The position numbers and the translations under genes are program-made. This document shows, one piece after another, positions 52,366 to 63,063 of a stretch of 64,000 nt of DNA. The stretch spans positions 96,001 to 160,000 of the forward strand of contig RDOB01000005.1 in assembly GCA_011364965.1 (NCBI GenBank). Reading direction: 5' to 3'. Numbering within the stretch: position 1 is the first letter of the stretch; every line of letters starts with the position of its first letter. The notes under the pieces are model-generated. The model saw only the letters and a list, made by a program, of their open reading frames with translations. It searched no databases and was not told where the DNA came from. This DNA is from Candidatus Heimdallarchaeota archaeon. Lineage in GTDB: Archaea > Asgardarchaeota > Heimdallarchaeia > Hodarchaeales > Hodarchaeaceae.

Positions 52366-53040
52366 TTGCCTAGTCCTCCAGTATTTAAACCTCAAGAAGA
52401 GGAACTCCGATCTAACTTTCTTAAATACACTCGTATAGCCTTTCAAGCCTTTTCTTTAAAGTCTACTCCCCGAATTTTAGACATTGGTTGTGGAACAGGA
52501 GTTCCAACACTAGAACTTGCGAAATTGACAAAAGGGGAAATTATTGCTCTAGATATTGATGAGTCAGCTCTTAAAGAATTAAATAGGAAGATTGAAATTG
52601 CAGGGTTATCATATCGTATTAAAACACAACTAGGTTCGCTTTATGAATTGGAATTTCCGCCTAATTCTTTTGATATTATTTGGGCTGAGGGTGTAACTAG
52701 CATCATCAGTGTAGAAACAGCCTTGAAAACCTGGTATGCTGTATTGAAACCTCAAGCATATCTGGTTATGCATGTAGATGCTCAGAATCTGGCTTTTGAT
52801 TTTGAAATGATTTCAAATCAATTAGGTTATGAGGTGGTTGAAACTTTTTTACTACCTGAAGATGCATGGTGGAAAGGATATTACTCTCCTTTGGAAAAAC
52901 AAATTCAAAGCTATCTTGAATTACATTCAAATAACAAACTTGCATTAGAGAGTGTAAAAACTTATTTAAAAACTATAAAACAAGTGAAAAAAAATCCATC
53001 ACGTTATAGATCGGGTTTTATTATATTTAAGCGGATTTAG
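52366..53040 (+). CDS. Class I SAM-dependent methyltransferase
   Basis: ILDIGCGTG, FDIIWAEG. Confidence 0.9.
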   Translation: MPSPPVFKPQEEELRSNFLKYTRIAFQAFSLKSTPRILDIGCGTGVPTLELAKLTKGEIIALDIDESALKELNRKIEIAGLSYRIKTQLGSLYELEFPPNSFDIIWAEGVTSIISVETALKTWYAVLKPQAYLVMHVDAQNLAFDFEMISNQLGYEVVETFLLPEDAWWKGYYSPLEKQIQSYLELHSNNKLALESVKTYLKTIKQVKKNPSRYRSGFIIFKRI

Positions 53041-53127
53041 AAATTGTTTGAAAACATCCGATTATTCCTATTGTTTATAGGTATTTACATAACAAACCTT
53101 ATTTGCTCCTTAATGGAAAGATGACCT

Positions 53128-53586
53128 ATGAATGTCGAGCAACTGCTGAAACAAGCCATAATACGTCATTTAGATGAAACACACATCCTATTAGCTCAAT
53201 TATCAGGTTTGGACGTTAAACAAACCCCAATAGAGACTGGCAGGCCACTTGGCGAGATTATTTTGCATATGATACGTTCCCTTGAGTTTTATGCTCATGG
53301 ATTATTTGAAGATCACTGGGAAGCTTTGAAATACGATTTAGAGGTTTATTCTACAGGAGAGAGTATTTTTCAGCTTTATATTACAGTTAGTGAAACGGTT
53401 AAAGGTCTAGTAAACCATTTAACTCCTTCTATTTTAACACGAGAGTATTTAGAGTGGAATCGTCCAGCAACTGGAGCTGAGATACTTCTAGAAATGCTTG
53501 AACATAGTATTCAGCATCGTGGACAAATAATTGTTTATTATCGATTACTTGGGCTTGATCCAGTCAAAATTCCCTATATTCTCTAA
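53128..53586 (+). CDS. DinB family protein
   Basis: GEIILHM, EHSIQHRGQ..VY.RLLG. Confidence 0.88.
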   Translation: MNVEQLLKQAIIRHLDETHILLAQLSGLDVKQTPIETGRPLGEIILHMIRSLEFYAHGLFEDHWEALKYDLEVYSTGESIFQLYITVSETVKGLVNHLTPSILTREYLEWNRPATGAEILLEMLEHSIQHRGQIIVYYRLLGLDPVKIPYIL

Positions 53587-53886
53587 TTGAACTTCTTATC
53601 AGAGGTAAAATTGAACGATATTCCAGAGGAGAGTATAATACCTTCAAGTGTCCTCAAGATGGATTTGAGATAGGAAAATAAGTAAAGCTAGGTTAAAAAC
53701 AATTATCCAGCTAATGAATGTGATAATCTCTTTCAGCACATGGGTGCACCTGATTGCTCAAACTGGTATAAAAGTTAGTTTTAAATTATTCTTGACTTGA
53801 GGATCGAAATGTACAAAGATTAAAAATAATTTGATCAAACATTGTTTTTCTAAACTCTCACTCACGGTTTATTTTCTTCCGTAATC

Positions 53887-53900
53887 AAGAATTTATATAG
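53887..53900 (+). promoter_or_regulatory. Candidate archaeal BRE/TATA element
   Basis: AAGAATTTATATAG about 70 nt upstream of the ABC permease start. Confidence 0.35.
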
Positions 53901-53968
53901 CTTAAAGCTCTCTCATATAGATAACTTTGAAGGACGAATTACTTAAATAAGGATAGGATCCTGAAGTT

Positions 53969-56626
53969 TTGCTCTTCCTCAAATTAGCGTTTGCAAATGT
54001 CATTCGCAATCGTCGAAGTGGTTTATCTATTGCTATAGGTATATTTTTATCCTTGATTCTATTCAATGCCTTAAATTTTAATTTAGTGCTGGTGCAGGAC
54101 GAGATAATTTCAAGTATGGTTTTTTCTCCATATGAGATATTGGGATATTCTTATTATTATGAAGGAGATTCTTCTAAACTCTTAAATGATACCGCAACCT
54201 GGGATGAAATTTCAGCTGAAGCTGAAATTCAATCAGTTAACCCTATAGCTTCATCCTATGCATACGGATCGGATTCAAACCTCGACTATTCTTTCTACGG
54301 AGTGAGAGAGGATGATTGGGAAAAAATATTAACAACGGTAAATCCCGATGTTATTGAGGGAAGCTTAAACTTTACTATATATGATGGCTCAAACATTCCT
54401 GTTATAGGTTTTGCTACAACACCCAAGATTGAAAACGAGACCCTTGCGATTGTAAGCTATGACAGATTTAATATTACTCTAGATATACTCGGATGGACAT
54501 ATTTCGATACTACAGAGACATTTTTCTCCACTAAATTTGATTTAGAGCTTATTCAAAGACCAAATAGCTTCGTTTTTATCACTTTATTTCCTTATATGAT
54601 TAAATTCAATTTTTTTGACTTAGAATTGCTAATTAAATTGGAATCCAATGTTATAGATTATCAGGATGTCGTGGGGACAGTAAGTCGCATCGATAAACTT
54701 GTTACTCGACTTAACCTAAAATATGGAACCGACTATTGGTTTTACTCCCCAGTATCGGGACAACTAGCAGGAGCTCAATTCGCTATCTATGTCTTTTTGG
54801 TTGTTTCATTAATATTCTTATTACCATTCTTTTTTCTTTCTTTTTATCTCTCCAAATTATCCTCTGATTTGAATTTAGAATCTCGTCGAATTCAATATAG
54901 TATATTTCTTACCCGAGGAGTACACCCTAAAACTATTCAACGATCCTATCTTGCTGAGGGAGTAATTCTAGGTTTAATAAATGGAATAATAACATTTCTG
55001 CTTACTCCTGGAGTGGGATTATTCTTTGGCGGTTTTCTACCAGTGAATATTCCTTCCTTACCAGTTTTAGATTTATGGATTAACTACTACGTCCAAAATT
55101 CTGCTCAATTATTTTGGAGTATTGGCATTGGGATGGCTTTAGGATTTATGATTATGCGTATACCTCGTTATTATCTATTCCTTTCTCCTCATGAACTTAT
55201 GCATAAGTATCGTATAGAGGAAGGAGAGACTGTTAAAGTCCGAGGACGAAAAGATTTAGCAATTCTTATGATAGGCCTCTATCCCGTTGGGATGGGGATT
55301 CTCTTAGTGCTTTCTATAATTCTTCAAGCTCCAACTATTTTTTATTTTGTTCTTGTACTCTTAGGGTCTTATTCCTTGTATGTTATTCCGTTTAGCCCCT
55401 TTTTAATATCCTATGGATTATCATCGATTTTAGCTCGACAACGATGGTTACTTTTAGCGATTTCTCGTATCTTTACAAAACCCTTTCCAGCTTTACGACC
55501 TTTGGTCGAACGATTGGTTTTTTCGAAATTATACCGGATTTCACGAATCGCGTTTGTTATGGCTTTAGCTTTAACATTTATCATTTTTCCATTAATACTT
55601 GCTGCTTCTTTTGAAGCTTATAATGAGAACTTAGCAAATTTCACACTAGGAGGGGATATCCGGATTGATGTAACTATGAATTCAAGTATTAGCTTGGAAA
55701 TTCTGAAACAGAGAACTGAAGTAAAAGAGGTGGCTTTAATACAACGATCTTATGAAAAAAGTTTTACAAAGGTTCATTTAAATCCCTCTGAATATTTGAA
55801 ATCGGTTGAAGTACGTCCTTTCTGGCGACTAGACCAAGAAAAGCTAGCTAATCTTTCAGCAACGTCTGTTTTTGTATCCAATATGGTATTGAAGGATTTT
55901 AGCGTAAAGATCGGAGATTGCTTAACATTCAATGATACTGAATACACCATAGTGGGGAGTTTTATAGCTTTGGGAGGAACAGATATAATTACAGGAAGTA
56001 CCTATGTAGCAGTGTTTAATAATCAACTAAATCCTCAGTTTAATTCAGGGAGTTTTGTTCTGAAAATGGATAAACTTTCAGTAACCTCGGTTAGGACTCT
56101 TTATGATTTCATTACAGAGTTAGATTCCAGCGCTAATTTTAAATCGAAAATTGACTTTAAAGACCCTTCTGATCAACCAGAATCCTTTGATATCTTTCTA
56201 TTTTTAATCCGAATATTAGAAACTCAGGCTTTACTTCTCTCATTTATTAGTATCTTTACACTTGCTTTTCTAATGGTTATAAGGGTGCGGGAACGAACTC
56301 AAGAATTGGGTATATGGCGCAGTAAAGGAATGAGTGATAGGCAGCTAATAGAAGGAATGGTCATAGAAACAGCGAGCATAGGAACACTCGGGATTTTGGT
56401 GGGTTTATTGACAGGAACACTCCTAATAGTCGGGTTTCAGGGATTCATTTTGAATACAATTGTGGAAGGTGTGTCTCTAATTCCTCTCGAATTGGTCATT
56501 CCCATTGAAATGTGGATTTTATTCTTCTTAATGACCCTGGGAGTAATAATAATTGCGTTGATTATTGGTTTGTGGGTTACATTAACCCCCATATCTGAGC
56601 AAATTCGTTATGAAGATTATACATGA
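53969..56626 (+). CDS. FtsX/MacB-type ABC permease (duplicated)
   Basis: Two FtsX-like halves; RERTQELGIWRSKG. Confidence 0.88.
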   Translation: MLFLKLAFANVIRNRRSGLSIAIGIFLSLILFNALNFNLVLVQDEIISSMVFSPYEILGYSYYYEGDSSKLLNDTATWDEISAEAEIQSVNPIASSYAYGSDSNLDYSFYGVREDDWEKILTTVNPDVIEGSLNFTIYDGSNIPVIGFATTPKIENETLAIVSYDRFNITLDILGWTYFDTTETFFSTKFDLELIQRPNSFVFITLFPYMIKFNFFDLELLIKLESNVIDYQDVVGTVSRIDKLVTRLNLKYGTDYWFYSPVSGQLAGAQFAIYVFLVVSLIFLLPFFFLSFYLSKLSSDLNLESRRIQYSIFLTRGVHPKTIQRSYLAEGVILGLINGIITFLLTPGVGLFFGGFLPVNIPSLPVLDLWINYYVQNSAQLFWSIGIGMALGFMIMRIPRYYLFLSPHELMHKYRIEEGETVKVRGRKDLAILMIGLYPVGMGILLVLSIILQAPTIFYFVLVLLGSYSLYVIPFSPFLISYGLSSILARQRWLLLAISRIFTKPFPALRPLVERLVFSKLYRISRIAFVMALALTFIIFPLILAASFEAYNENLANFTLGGDIRIDVTMNSSISLEILKQRTEVKEVALIQRSYEKSFTKVHLNPSEYLKSVEVRPFWRLDQEKLANLSATSVFVSNMVLKDFSVKIGDCLTFNDTEYTIVGSFIALGGTDIITGSTYVAVFNNQLNPQFNSGSFVLKMDKLSVTSVRTLYDFITELDSSANFKSKIDFKDPSDQPESFDIFLFLIRILETQALLLSFISIFTLAFLMVIRVRERTQELGIWRSKGMSDRQLIEGMVIETASIGTLGILVGLLTGTLLIVGFQGFILNTIVEGVSLIPLELVIPIEMWILFFLMTLGVIIIALIIGLWVTLTPISEQIRYEDYT

Positions 56627-57594
56627 ATGGTAGGATAAAATTGAGTAGCTTTATTGAAATTAAGGACTTGAATAAACAGTACATGTCTGCAGCTGAAGTA
56701 CCTATCCTTGCATTACGAAATCTAAATCTAGAAGTAGCTGAAAATGAAATCGTTACAATTATGGGTCCATCAGGATGTGGGAAAACGACACTTTTAACTA
56801 TGTTAGGAGGGATTGCTTCTCCTACTTCTGGATTCATTCGTGTAGGTAATTATTATTTGACCTCGCCAGAAATGATGTCTCGCATTTTTAGTTCCGCTAC
56901 TCATACCGAGTACCGACAGAAGTCCGTAGGATTTATTTTTCAATTGCATAATCTCTCTCCTATTCATACTGCGCTTGAAAACGTCGAATTGCCATTAATA
57001 TTTGCCAGTGTTCCTCGAGAAGTTAGAAAAAAGCGTGCTAAAGAATTATTGGAACAGGTAGGTTTAGCTAATAGGATTACTCATAGGCCAGATGCACTCT
57101 CTGGAGGAGAGCGTCAACGAGTAGCTGTTGCTACCGCATTTGCTAACAATCCATCCCTTATCCTAGCAGATGAACCCACTGGAGAATTAGATTCTGAAAA
57201 TTCTCGTATGATATGTGAGTTATTTTTAGAACTAAAGAAGAGAAACAATTTTACAATGATTCTTGTCACTCATGATCCAAAAGTTGCAGCAATTGGAGAC
57301 CGTGTTCTCGAAATGCGTGATGGAGCTATACGAGGAGAAATTCCAAAAGAGACGGTTAGAACCCTCACTCCTAGCAGTCAAGAATCAAAAGAATCCTCAA
57401 GGCAATTCCCCTTTCCTCCAAAATTCTGTGGAGCTTGTGGTTCAAATTCTATAATTTTACCAAAAACAGAAACAAGGTCGGGATTTTGGACTGAAGCAAG
57501 CGGAAAAAGGATCTATTATGAGCTAAGATTCGCGCAATGCGTCCAATGTGGTCAAGTGTTCTGGCAACCGACTAATATAGACATTGAATCCTAG
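56623..57594 (+). CDS. LolD/MacB-type ABC ATPase with C-terminal zinc ribbon
   Basis: GPSGCGKT, LSGGERQR, LADEPTGELD, VTHD; CGAC...CVQC. Confidence 0.93.
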   Translation: MNGRIKLSSFIEIKDLNKQYMSAAEVPILALRNLNLEVAENEIVTIMGPSGCGKTTLLTMLGGIASPTSGFIRVGNYYLTSPEMMSRIFSSATHTEYRQKSVGFIFQLHNLSPIHTALENVELPLIFASVPREVRKKRAKELLEQVGLANRITHRPDALSGGERQRVAVATAFANNPSLILADEPTGELDSENSRMICELFLELKKRNNFTMILVTHDPKVAAIGDRVLEMRDGAIRGEIPKETVRTLTPSSQESKESSRQFPFPPKFCGACGSNSIILPKTETRSGFWTEASGKRIYYELRFAQCVQCGQVFWQPTNIDIES

Positions 57595-57850
57595 TCAAAA
57601 AAGATTTTGCGAAAAGATTTTTCTTCTTGATTGGATTTTTAAAATTCGCATAGATTTCCATTTGCTGGTTGATAGAATAGATATCTTGTTCTTTTGACTT
57701 AAAAGTCGGTTTTTTTCTTTCTCTCGATTTGACCTTTTTCTTCTTCATATATAAGCATGCCTTTAAATAATTCTTCTATTATATATATTAATTGTATGAT
57801 ATTACACATTAAAAACACATTATTTATTTAAGTAAAGAAGGAAAAGATAG

Positions 57851-59740
57851 ATGAATCTACCAACTCCAAATTTCAAAAAAATATCTCACCGAATAGTGAT
57901 ATTGAGTTTACTAGTAGCTTTAGTACCTTTGACCATTCAAGCATTACTAGATGCGAATGCTCTGGAAAGTCAGCTGTATCAATCCAAAGAAAAAGAATTA
58001 GAAAACAGATCAGTTGATTTATCTCATATCACTGACAAATACTTTTCAGAAGCTGCAGATTTAATACACTCACTGGCGGACTCCCCCCTTCTACAAGATT
58101 CAGCATTAAATGCTTCAAATCAAGATTTGAACATACTGTGGGATGCATACGAAGGCTCGAATTACGATAATGAAGCTAATCAAAAGGCAAACAAAACAGC
58201 TATTCCCTGGGATCCCACTAATGACCTATTCCCAAACATTTCGGTCTATATAAATGAATTTGCGATTAAAAATAATTTTACCGAAATTTTTGTGGCTGAT
58301 GCACAGGGACGAGTATATGCTACAACCGAGTCAGTACCTGGTGATTTCCTACAGATAGATGAAGACTGGTGGACAGCTACTGAGAACTCAGAAACATGTG
58401 AGTTCACTGAATTCGAGTATGATGACAGCTCTGCAGCTTATGTATTGACAATAGTCCATGAAATTGAATTAGATAATACAACAACTGTTGGTATGATTAA
58501 AACCGCTTTTAACGTTAATGCTGTTACTAATGCAATTAGAGAGGTTATAGAACATTCACTACACGATACAGAGGAGCATGATCATGAACATGAAGGTACC
58601 ATTGAAGGCGTAACTACCTTTACTATCGGATTGGATGGATCGATAATCATTCACATGGAAGAGAACCTGATTGGTAAAAATATAACAAATTTCATGCCTG
58701 AAAGAAGTGTGCTAAATAAACAGATTTACACTGAGCTTAAAGAAGGGCTCATTCCCGTTGGTTACGGAAAAATAGCTTATATGAACACATCTTATTATGC
58801 AAGCTATCAGAAACTCCATAATTGGGAATTCTGCATTTTTGTTATCGAAGATAGTAAAGTGATTTCTGATGCCATAGCAGGCCAGTGGATTAGAAATCTT
58901 TTGTTACAGTTGTTTTTAATAGTTATTGCTGTAGTATTTGCGGTTTTCGCTGCTAGAACCCTAGCTAATCCAATTAAGAACATTGCATTGATAACCCAAA
59001 AAGTAGCAGACGGAGATCTCAATACTAAACTTGGTGAATCCGAATTGAAAAGAGCTGATGAGATCGGACAGCTAAGTAATTCATTTGAAAAAATGATTGA
59101 CAATCTGAATGATTTCATATATAGTTCGCAAGCAGCTGCGGAAGAAGTCTCAGCATCTGCGGAAGAATTAGCTTCTACCAGCGAAGAAGTTAATGCACTC
59201 TCTGAAGAAATCGCTGCAACCGTACAACAAGTCACCCGAGGTGCTACAACTCAATCTGAATTGGCTATCAAAGCAATAGAAAGTTTAAACTCAATGTCTA
59301 CCGTAGTGGATACAGCTCTCAATGATATAAGTGCTACCATACAAATTATTGAAGATATTGCTACTCAGACAAATATCTTAGCACTAAACGCTGCAATAGA
59401 AGCTGCACGTGCTGGTGAATCAGGTCGGGGATTTGCAGTAGTTGCGGATAATGTTCGTCGCTTAGCGGAAGAAACAAAAAATAATTCTGCAGAAATTACT
59501 ACTTTTAGTGATAGAATTATCCAAAATATCCAATCAAGTGTAAAAGGACTTGCTGACACTCTTCAGAGTTTCGCTGCTCAATCCGAAGAATTTAGCGCGT
59601 CAAGTGAGGAAGTAGCGGCATCAACTGAAGAACAAAGTTCCGCAATGCATCAATTAACAGTTGCAGCTCAATCTTTGACAAAATTAGGGGAAGATCTCTC
59701 TCTACGAGTTATGAGTTATAAAACGAAGGAAGAAAAGTAA
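57851..59740 (+). CDS. Methyl-accepting chemotaxis protein (Cache-HAMP-MA)
   Basis: Two TM helices, HAMP (DEIGQL), [27 protein letters not shown]. Confidence 0.95.
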   Translation: MNLPTPNFKKISHRIVILSLLVALVPLTIQALLDANALESQLYQSKEKELENRSVDLSHITDKYFSEAADLIHSLADSPLLQDSALNASNQDLNILWDAYEGSNYDNEANQKANKTAIPWDPTNDLFPNISVYINEFAIKNNFTEIFVADAQGRVYATTESVPGDFLQIDEDWWTATENSETCEFTEFEYDDSSAAYVLTIVHEIELDNTTTVGMIKTAFNVNAVTNAIREVIEHSLHDTEEHDHEHEGTIEGVTTFTIGLDGSIIIHMEENLIGKNITNFMPERSVLNKQIYTELKEGLIPVGYGKIAYMNTSYYASYQKLHNWEFCIFVIEDSKVISDAIAGQWIRNLLLQLFLIVIAVVFAVFAARTLANPIKNIALITQKVADGDLNTKLGESELKRADEIGQLSNSFEKMIDNLNDFIYSSQAAAEEVSASAEELASTSEEVNALSEEIAATVQQVTRGATTQSELAIKAIESLNSMSTVVDTALNDISATIQIIEDIATQTNILALNAAIEAARAGESGRGFAVVADNVRRLAEETKNNSAEITTFSDRIIQNIQSSVKGLADTLQSFAAQSEEFSASSEEVAASTEEQSSAMHQLTVAAQSLTKLGEDLSLRVMSYKTKEEK

Positions 59741-59763
59741 CACGATCTGTTTTTGGAATGTTA

Positions 59764-59793
59764 ATCTTTTCTTTTTCCTTTTCTTTTTCTCTT
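59764..59793 (+). terminator. Candidate oligo-T archaeal terminator
   Basis: Run of T-tracts just after the MCP stop codon. Confidence 0.45.
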
Positions 59794-59962
59794 ACTAAAA
59801 AATTTATGAGCTATACATATTGTTTTGGATTTAATCTAAAGAAGTAATACCTAAAAACTTAACTACGATATAAACAAAGGGAAGCATAAGAATCCTACTT
59901 TATCTAAGCTTAATGACAAGTGTCCTTATTCTAGTAGACCGCTTTTCGGAGGAACGTCAGTT

Positions 59963-60367
59963 ATGGTAACATTTCAAGAACTAGATAAGCAATCGAAATA
60001 TATTAGTTTAACAACGTATTATAAAAATGGAAAAGGCGTAGCTACTCCAGTAGAATTTGCTGAACAGGACGGATTGATTTATGTTAATACTCGGAAAAAA
60101 TCCTGGAAAGTGAAACGAATCAAAGGAAATCCTAAAGGATCAATTGCTCTCTGTACTATGAGAGGTAAACTTCTAGGAGAGAAGCTAAATGTTAACATAC
60201 GAATCTTGCCAAAAGAGAAAGAAGCTTATGCACAAGAAGTTCTCAATCAAAAACTTACAAAGGGATTTAACAAATTTTTCATTTATTTATTTAAATTCAT
60301 GGCAAAGCTAACTTTCTGGAAAACACCTGATGTTCGGGTTTTCCTCGAGATTTCCCCAACCTCTTGA
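59963..60367 (+). CDS. PPOX-class (pyridoxamine 5'-phosphate oxidase-like, possibly F420-dependent) protein
   Basis: ISLTTY.KNG..VATPV, KVKRIK.NP. Confidence 0.82.
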   Translation: MVTFQELDKQSKYISLTTYYKNGKGVATPVEFAEQDGLIYVNTRKKSWKVKRIKGNPKGSIALCTMRGKLLGEKLNVNIRILPKEKEAYAQEVLNQKLTKGFNKFFIYLFKFMAKLTFWKTPDVRVFLEISPTS

Positions 60368-60538
60368 TAGGAAAAAGGGAAGATTTGGGGGTCTCAAACT
60401 CTGAGCTATTGCTCGGTGTTTGTGTTACTCACACGCAAACCGCGATCCGCTCAACTGCTGTTGGTTTAGAAATAAGTTTTATAATATTTATACCTAACCT
60501 GATCTATATTTATAGTCGGAAGAAACAGAAGATATGAA

Positions 60539-61018
60539 TCAAGGGAATTTATCTTTTAATCCGTATTTATCTTCTACTTTTTCCAATTCTAATAAAAAAT
60601 TAAGGTCTTTAGCATAAGTAAACATACCTGGAGCATCAGTAGCGCGATTTTTAAACCCATATGGTTCATAGAAAGGTCCAAATCCCTTAGCTGCCATCAA
60701 TCCAACAAAAGCTGTCGGATCTGCATGTATTTTCAAATAATTCATGATTTTTTGCATAATTTGTCTACCGATCCCTTGACGCTGCCAAAGTGGATGAACA
60801 ATCACGTCTTGAATGTAAAAATATATGCCATTATCCCCGATTACCCGTCCATAACCAATTAATTGAGTTTCATGATAAACGCAAATAGAATAAAGAGAAT
60901 TAGCTAAACTTTTTTCCACTGCTTTACCAGAAACAGTAGACCAACCAACTAACGCTCGTAAAGTTAGATAATCTCTCACAGAGGGAATAGCTTCTTCAAA
61001 GATGAAATTTTTCGTCAT
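60539..61018 (-). CDS. GNAT acetyltransferase
   Basis: GYGRVIGD, DVIVHP.WQRQGIG, FY..YGF. Confidence 0.92.
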   Translation of the reverse strand: MTKNFIFEEAIPSVRDYLTLRALVGWSTVSGKAVEKSLANSLYSICVYHETQLIGYGRVIGDNGIYFYIQDVIVHPLWQRQGIGRQIMQKIMNYLKIHADPTAFVGLMAAKGFGPFYEPYGFKNRATDAPGMFTYAKDLNFLLELEKVEDKYGLKDKFP

Positions 61019-61344
61019 CTTTCATCAATTCCTTTTCCTTCAAACTTATAGTTATAGTTTTTCATCTTAGAGTATAATACCTCCAATATTGTTTTTCCTT
61101 ACCTATGCAAATTCTCAATATAAGAGGAACATATACATGTGAAATAATAAAACCAAAGAACGAAAGGACATGAATTCACATAAAATTATAGAAATTGGCT
61201 ATATCTTAAAAACCTACTACTTTAATATGCTATTATCCTCCACAGTATTAATCGTACTCATCCTTTTTACATTCCTATAATAATATTAGGTTGGTTAGTT
61301 TGACATAATCAGTTTTATTATGGTAATAAAAAACCCATCTAGAG

Positions 61345-61825
61345 ATGAAATTACAATACTATCTAATTACAATACTATCCTTCATTATAATCCTACTTGT
61401 GGGGATTTCAAGGATCTATTTAGGAGTACATTGGTTATATAATGTTTTAACTGGTTGGATGTTTGGATTAGCGTTATTAATAATAGTAGTTTTCATCACG
61501 GAACCCCTTAAAAGATTTATAACCACTCAAAATCTCACTCAGAACCAACTCTTCATTGGATTGGCTTTTTTTGGATTTATATTCATGATTCTTACAGCAA
61601 TCCTAGATTGGTCTAGGTTTGGGATTTTATCTAGAGAACATGTATGTAAATTTTCAAAATAAACAGAGAAACAATAATCGATGGTTCATCATTGTGCGAG
61701 TGATTGTCAGTTTAGTAATAGTTTTGGGGATTTATTTAATTTCTGATATCTTTTTATCCTCGAGTATCTTCTGGCAACAAGCATTATTCTATATAATTAT
61801 TTTACTCTCAGGAATCCTTGGTTAA
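61345..61825 (+). pseudogene. Fragmented PAP2-family phosphatase
   Basis: SRIYLGVHWLYNV (domain 3 with the Asp replaced by Asn); earlier PAP2 motifs absent; split across two overlapping frames. Confidence 0.65.
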
Positions 61826-61857
61826 TCCTATTTTTTTAATCAATTAGGTTTTTGAAG

Positions 61858-62685
61858 TTATGCTCGTTGCAGATGATCTTGTACAAGTTGAAAAAATTCT
61901 TCTGGTTTTACAAGGAGAGGCATATGTTCTCCCTCTTGAAAATAATAAAAGTTCGCTCTGGGATATAGTTCCTCAAGTGAAGCAGCAGCATTTGAGGACA
62001 CTCCTGGATCATTTGCTGAAATAATGATTAACATTCGATGTTGAAAGGGAAGGGTGGATTCTACAGTAAGTTTAATACTCTTTTGAAAATCTAATAAACT
62101 CTCAAAATGACAGATAATATCTGGCTTATCTAATAGACGAGAATTAATGATTAACCGGAGTAGCTTAATAATCTGATCACGGTTGTCAACATTGAGAGGA
62201 ATTAAATTACTAAAAGATCTAAACATGACTTTACGAACGATGAAAGCTGGTACCAGTTTAATTAAAGTAAGACTCCTATTTATTTGTTTTGGAAATGATG
62301 AGTCACTACTAAGTGTGCCAGTGTTTGAAATTACAATTCTATTTATCAAATTCGGGGCATAATACATGAAAGCTTGAACCATAAGCCCTCCAAAGGAACT
62401 TCCATATACATGAGTTTTCTTAATCCCCTCTATAGCTAAAATTTCTCTAATTCCGTCTGTCAAGTCTTTTAATCGACTTATTCGGGGATAAATGGGAATA
62501 ATAATGCGAAAATAAGTTGCTAAATTACGAACAAAGTCTCCCCCATAAACTGGACGGCGCATTCCTCCAGGAAATAGAATTAAAGCTTGATTTCCGTTAC
62601 CTAATACAGCATATTCCCATTTGATATCCTTATATTTGATGGATTTCCAAATAGTATCAGGAGTAGGGTGATAATCATATTCCAT
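61858..62685 (-). CDS. Alpha/beta hydrolase
   Basis: GSSFGG, ND, GEH. ATG 62685 avoids overlap with the divergent 62770 gene. Confidence 0.85.
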   Translation of the reverse strand: MEYDYHPTPDTIWKSIKYKDIKWEYAVLGNGNQALILFPGGMRRPVYGGDFVRNLATYFRIIIPIYPRISRLKDLTDGIREILAIEGIKKTHVYGSSFGGLMVQAFMYYAPNLINRIVISNTGTLSSDSSFPKQINRSLTLIKLVPAFIVRKVMFRSFSNLIPLNVDNRDQIIKLLRLIINSRLLDKPDIICHFESLLDFQKSIKLTVESTLPFQHRMLIIISANDPGVSSNAAASLEELYPRANFYYFQEGEHMPLLVKPEEFFQLVQDHLQRA

Positions 62686-62769
62686 TTTAATCACTTGACC
62701 AATAATCAATGATTTTTCAATGTTAAACCTATTAAGGTATAGAATCCTATTGTTGGGAAGGGATGTTAA

Positions 62770-63045
62770 TTGGATCAAATAGAAGAAGCTGCTGTAAAAA
62801 TCTTTAACGCGATCTTCAATAACCAAAAAACAATCGATTTGAATGGGGAATGCTATAGAATACAAAAAACGCGTACTGGGTTACGCAATGTGACCTTTAA
62901 AGGTATTTGGTTCATAGAACAAAATCCTAATAAAGATTCTTCAACAGCGAAACTTGCAAGGGAAGGGCATAAGCTTTTATGGGGCATTAAGGGGCGTACA
63001 TATATCATCAAGGTTCTTGATGGAAAATATGAACGCCTTCACTAA
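62770..63045 (+). CDS. Hypothetical protein
   Basis: Protein-like composition (FIEQNPNKDS..AKLAREGH); plausible RBS. Confidence 0.65.
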   Translation: MDQIEEAAVKIFNAIFNNQKTIDLNGECYRIQKTRTGLRNVTFKGIWFIEQNPNKDSSTAKLAREGHKLLWGIKGRTYIIKVLDGKYERLH

Positions 63046-63063
63046 TTTGTTCCTCATTTCTAC

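Noticed and set aside
53600-53780. Cys-containing broken frames after dinB
   Set aside because: Could not be assigned to any family.
5858-59559. Many short ORFs in the track antisense to or nested in long genes (e.g. 5858, 8770, 10159, 15662, 17369, 21144, 45455, 49968, 58807)
   Set aside because: Shadow ORFs of well-supported genes, with no recognisable motifs.
62686-62865. N-terminal extension of the 61858..62865 hydrolase ORF
   Set aside because: It overlaps the divergent 62770 gene; ATG 62685 gives a normal-length hydrolase.
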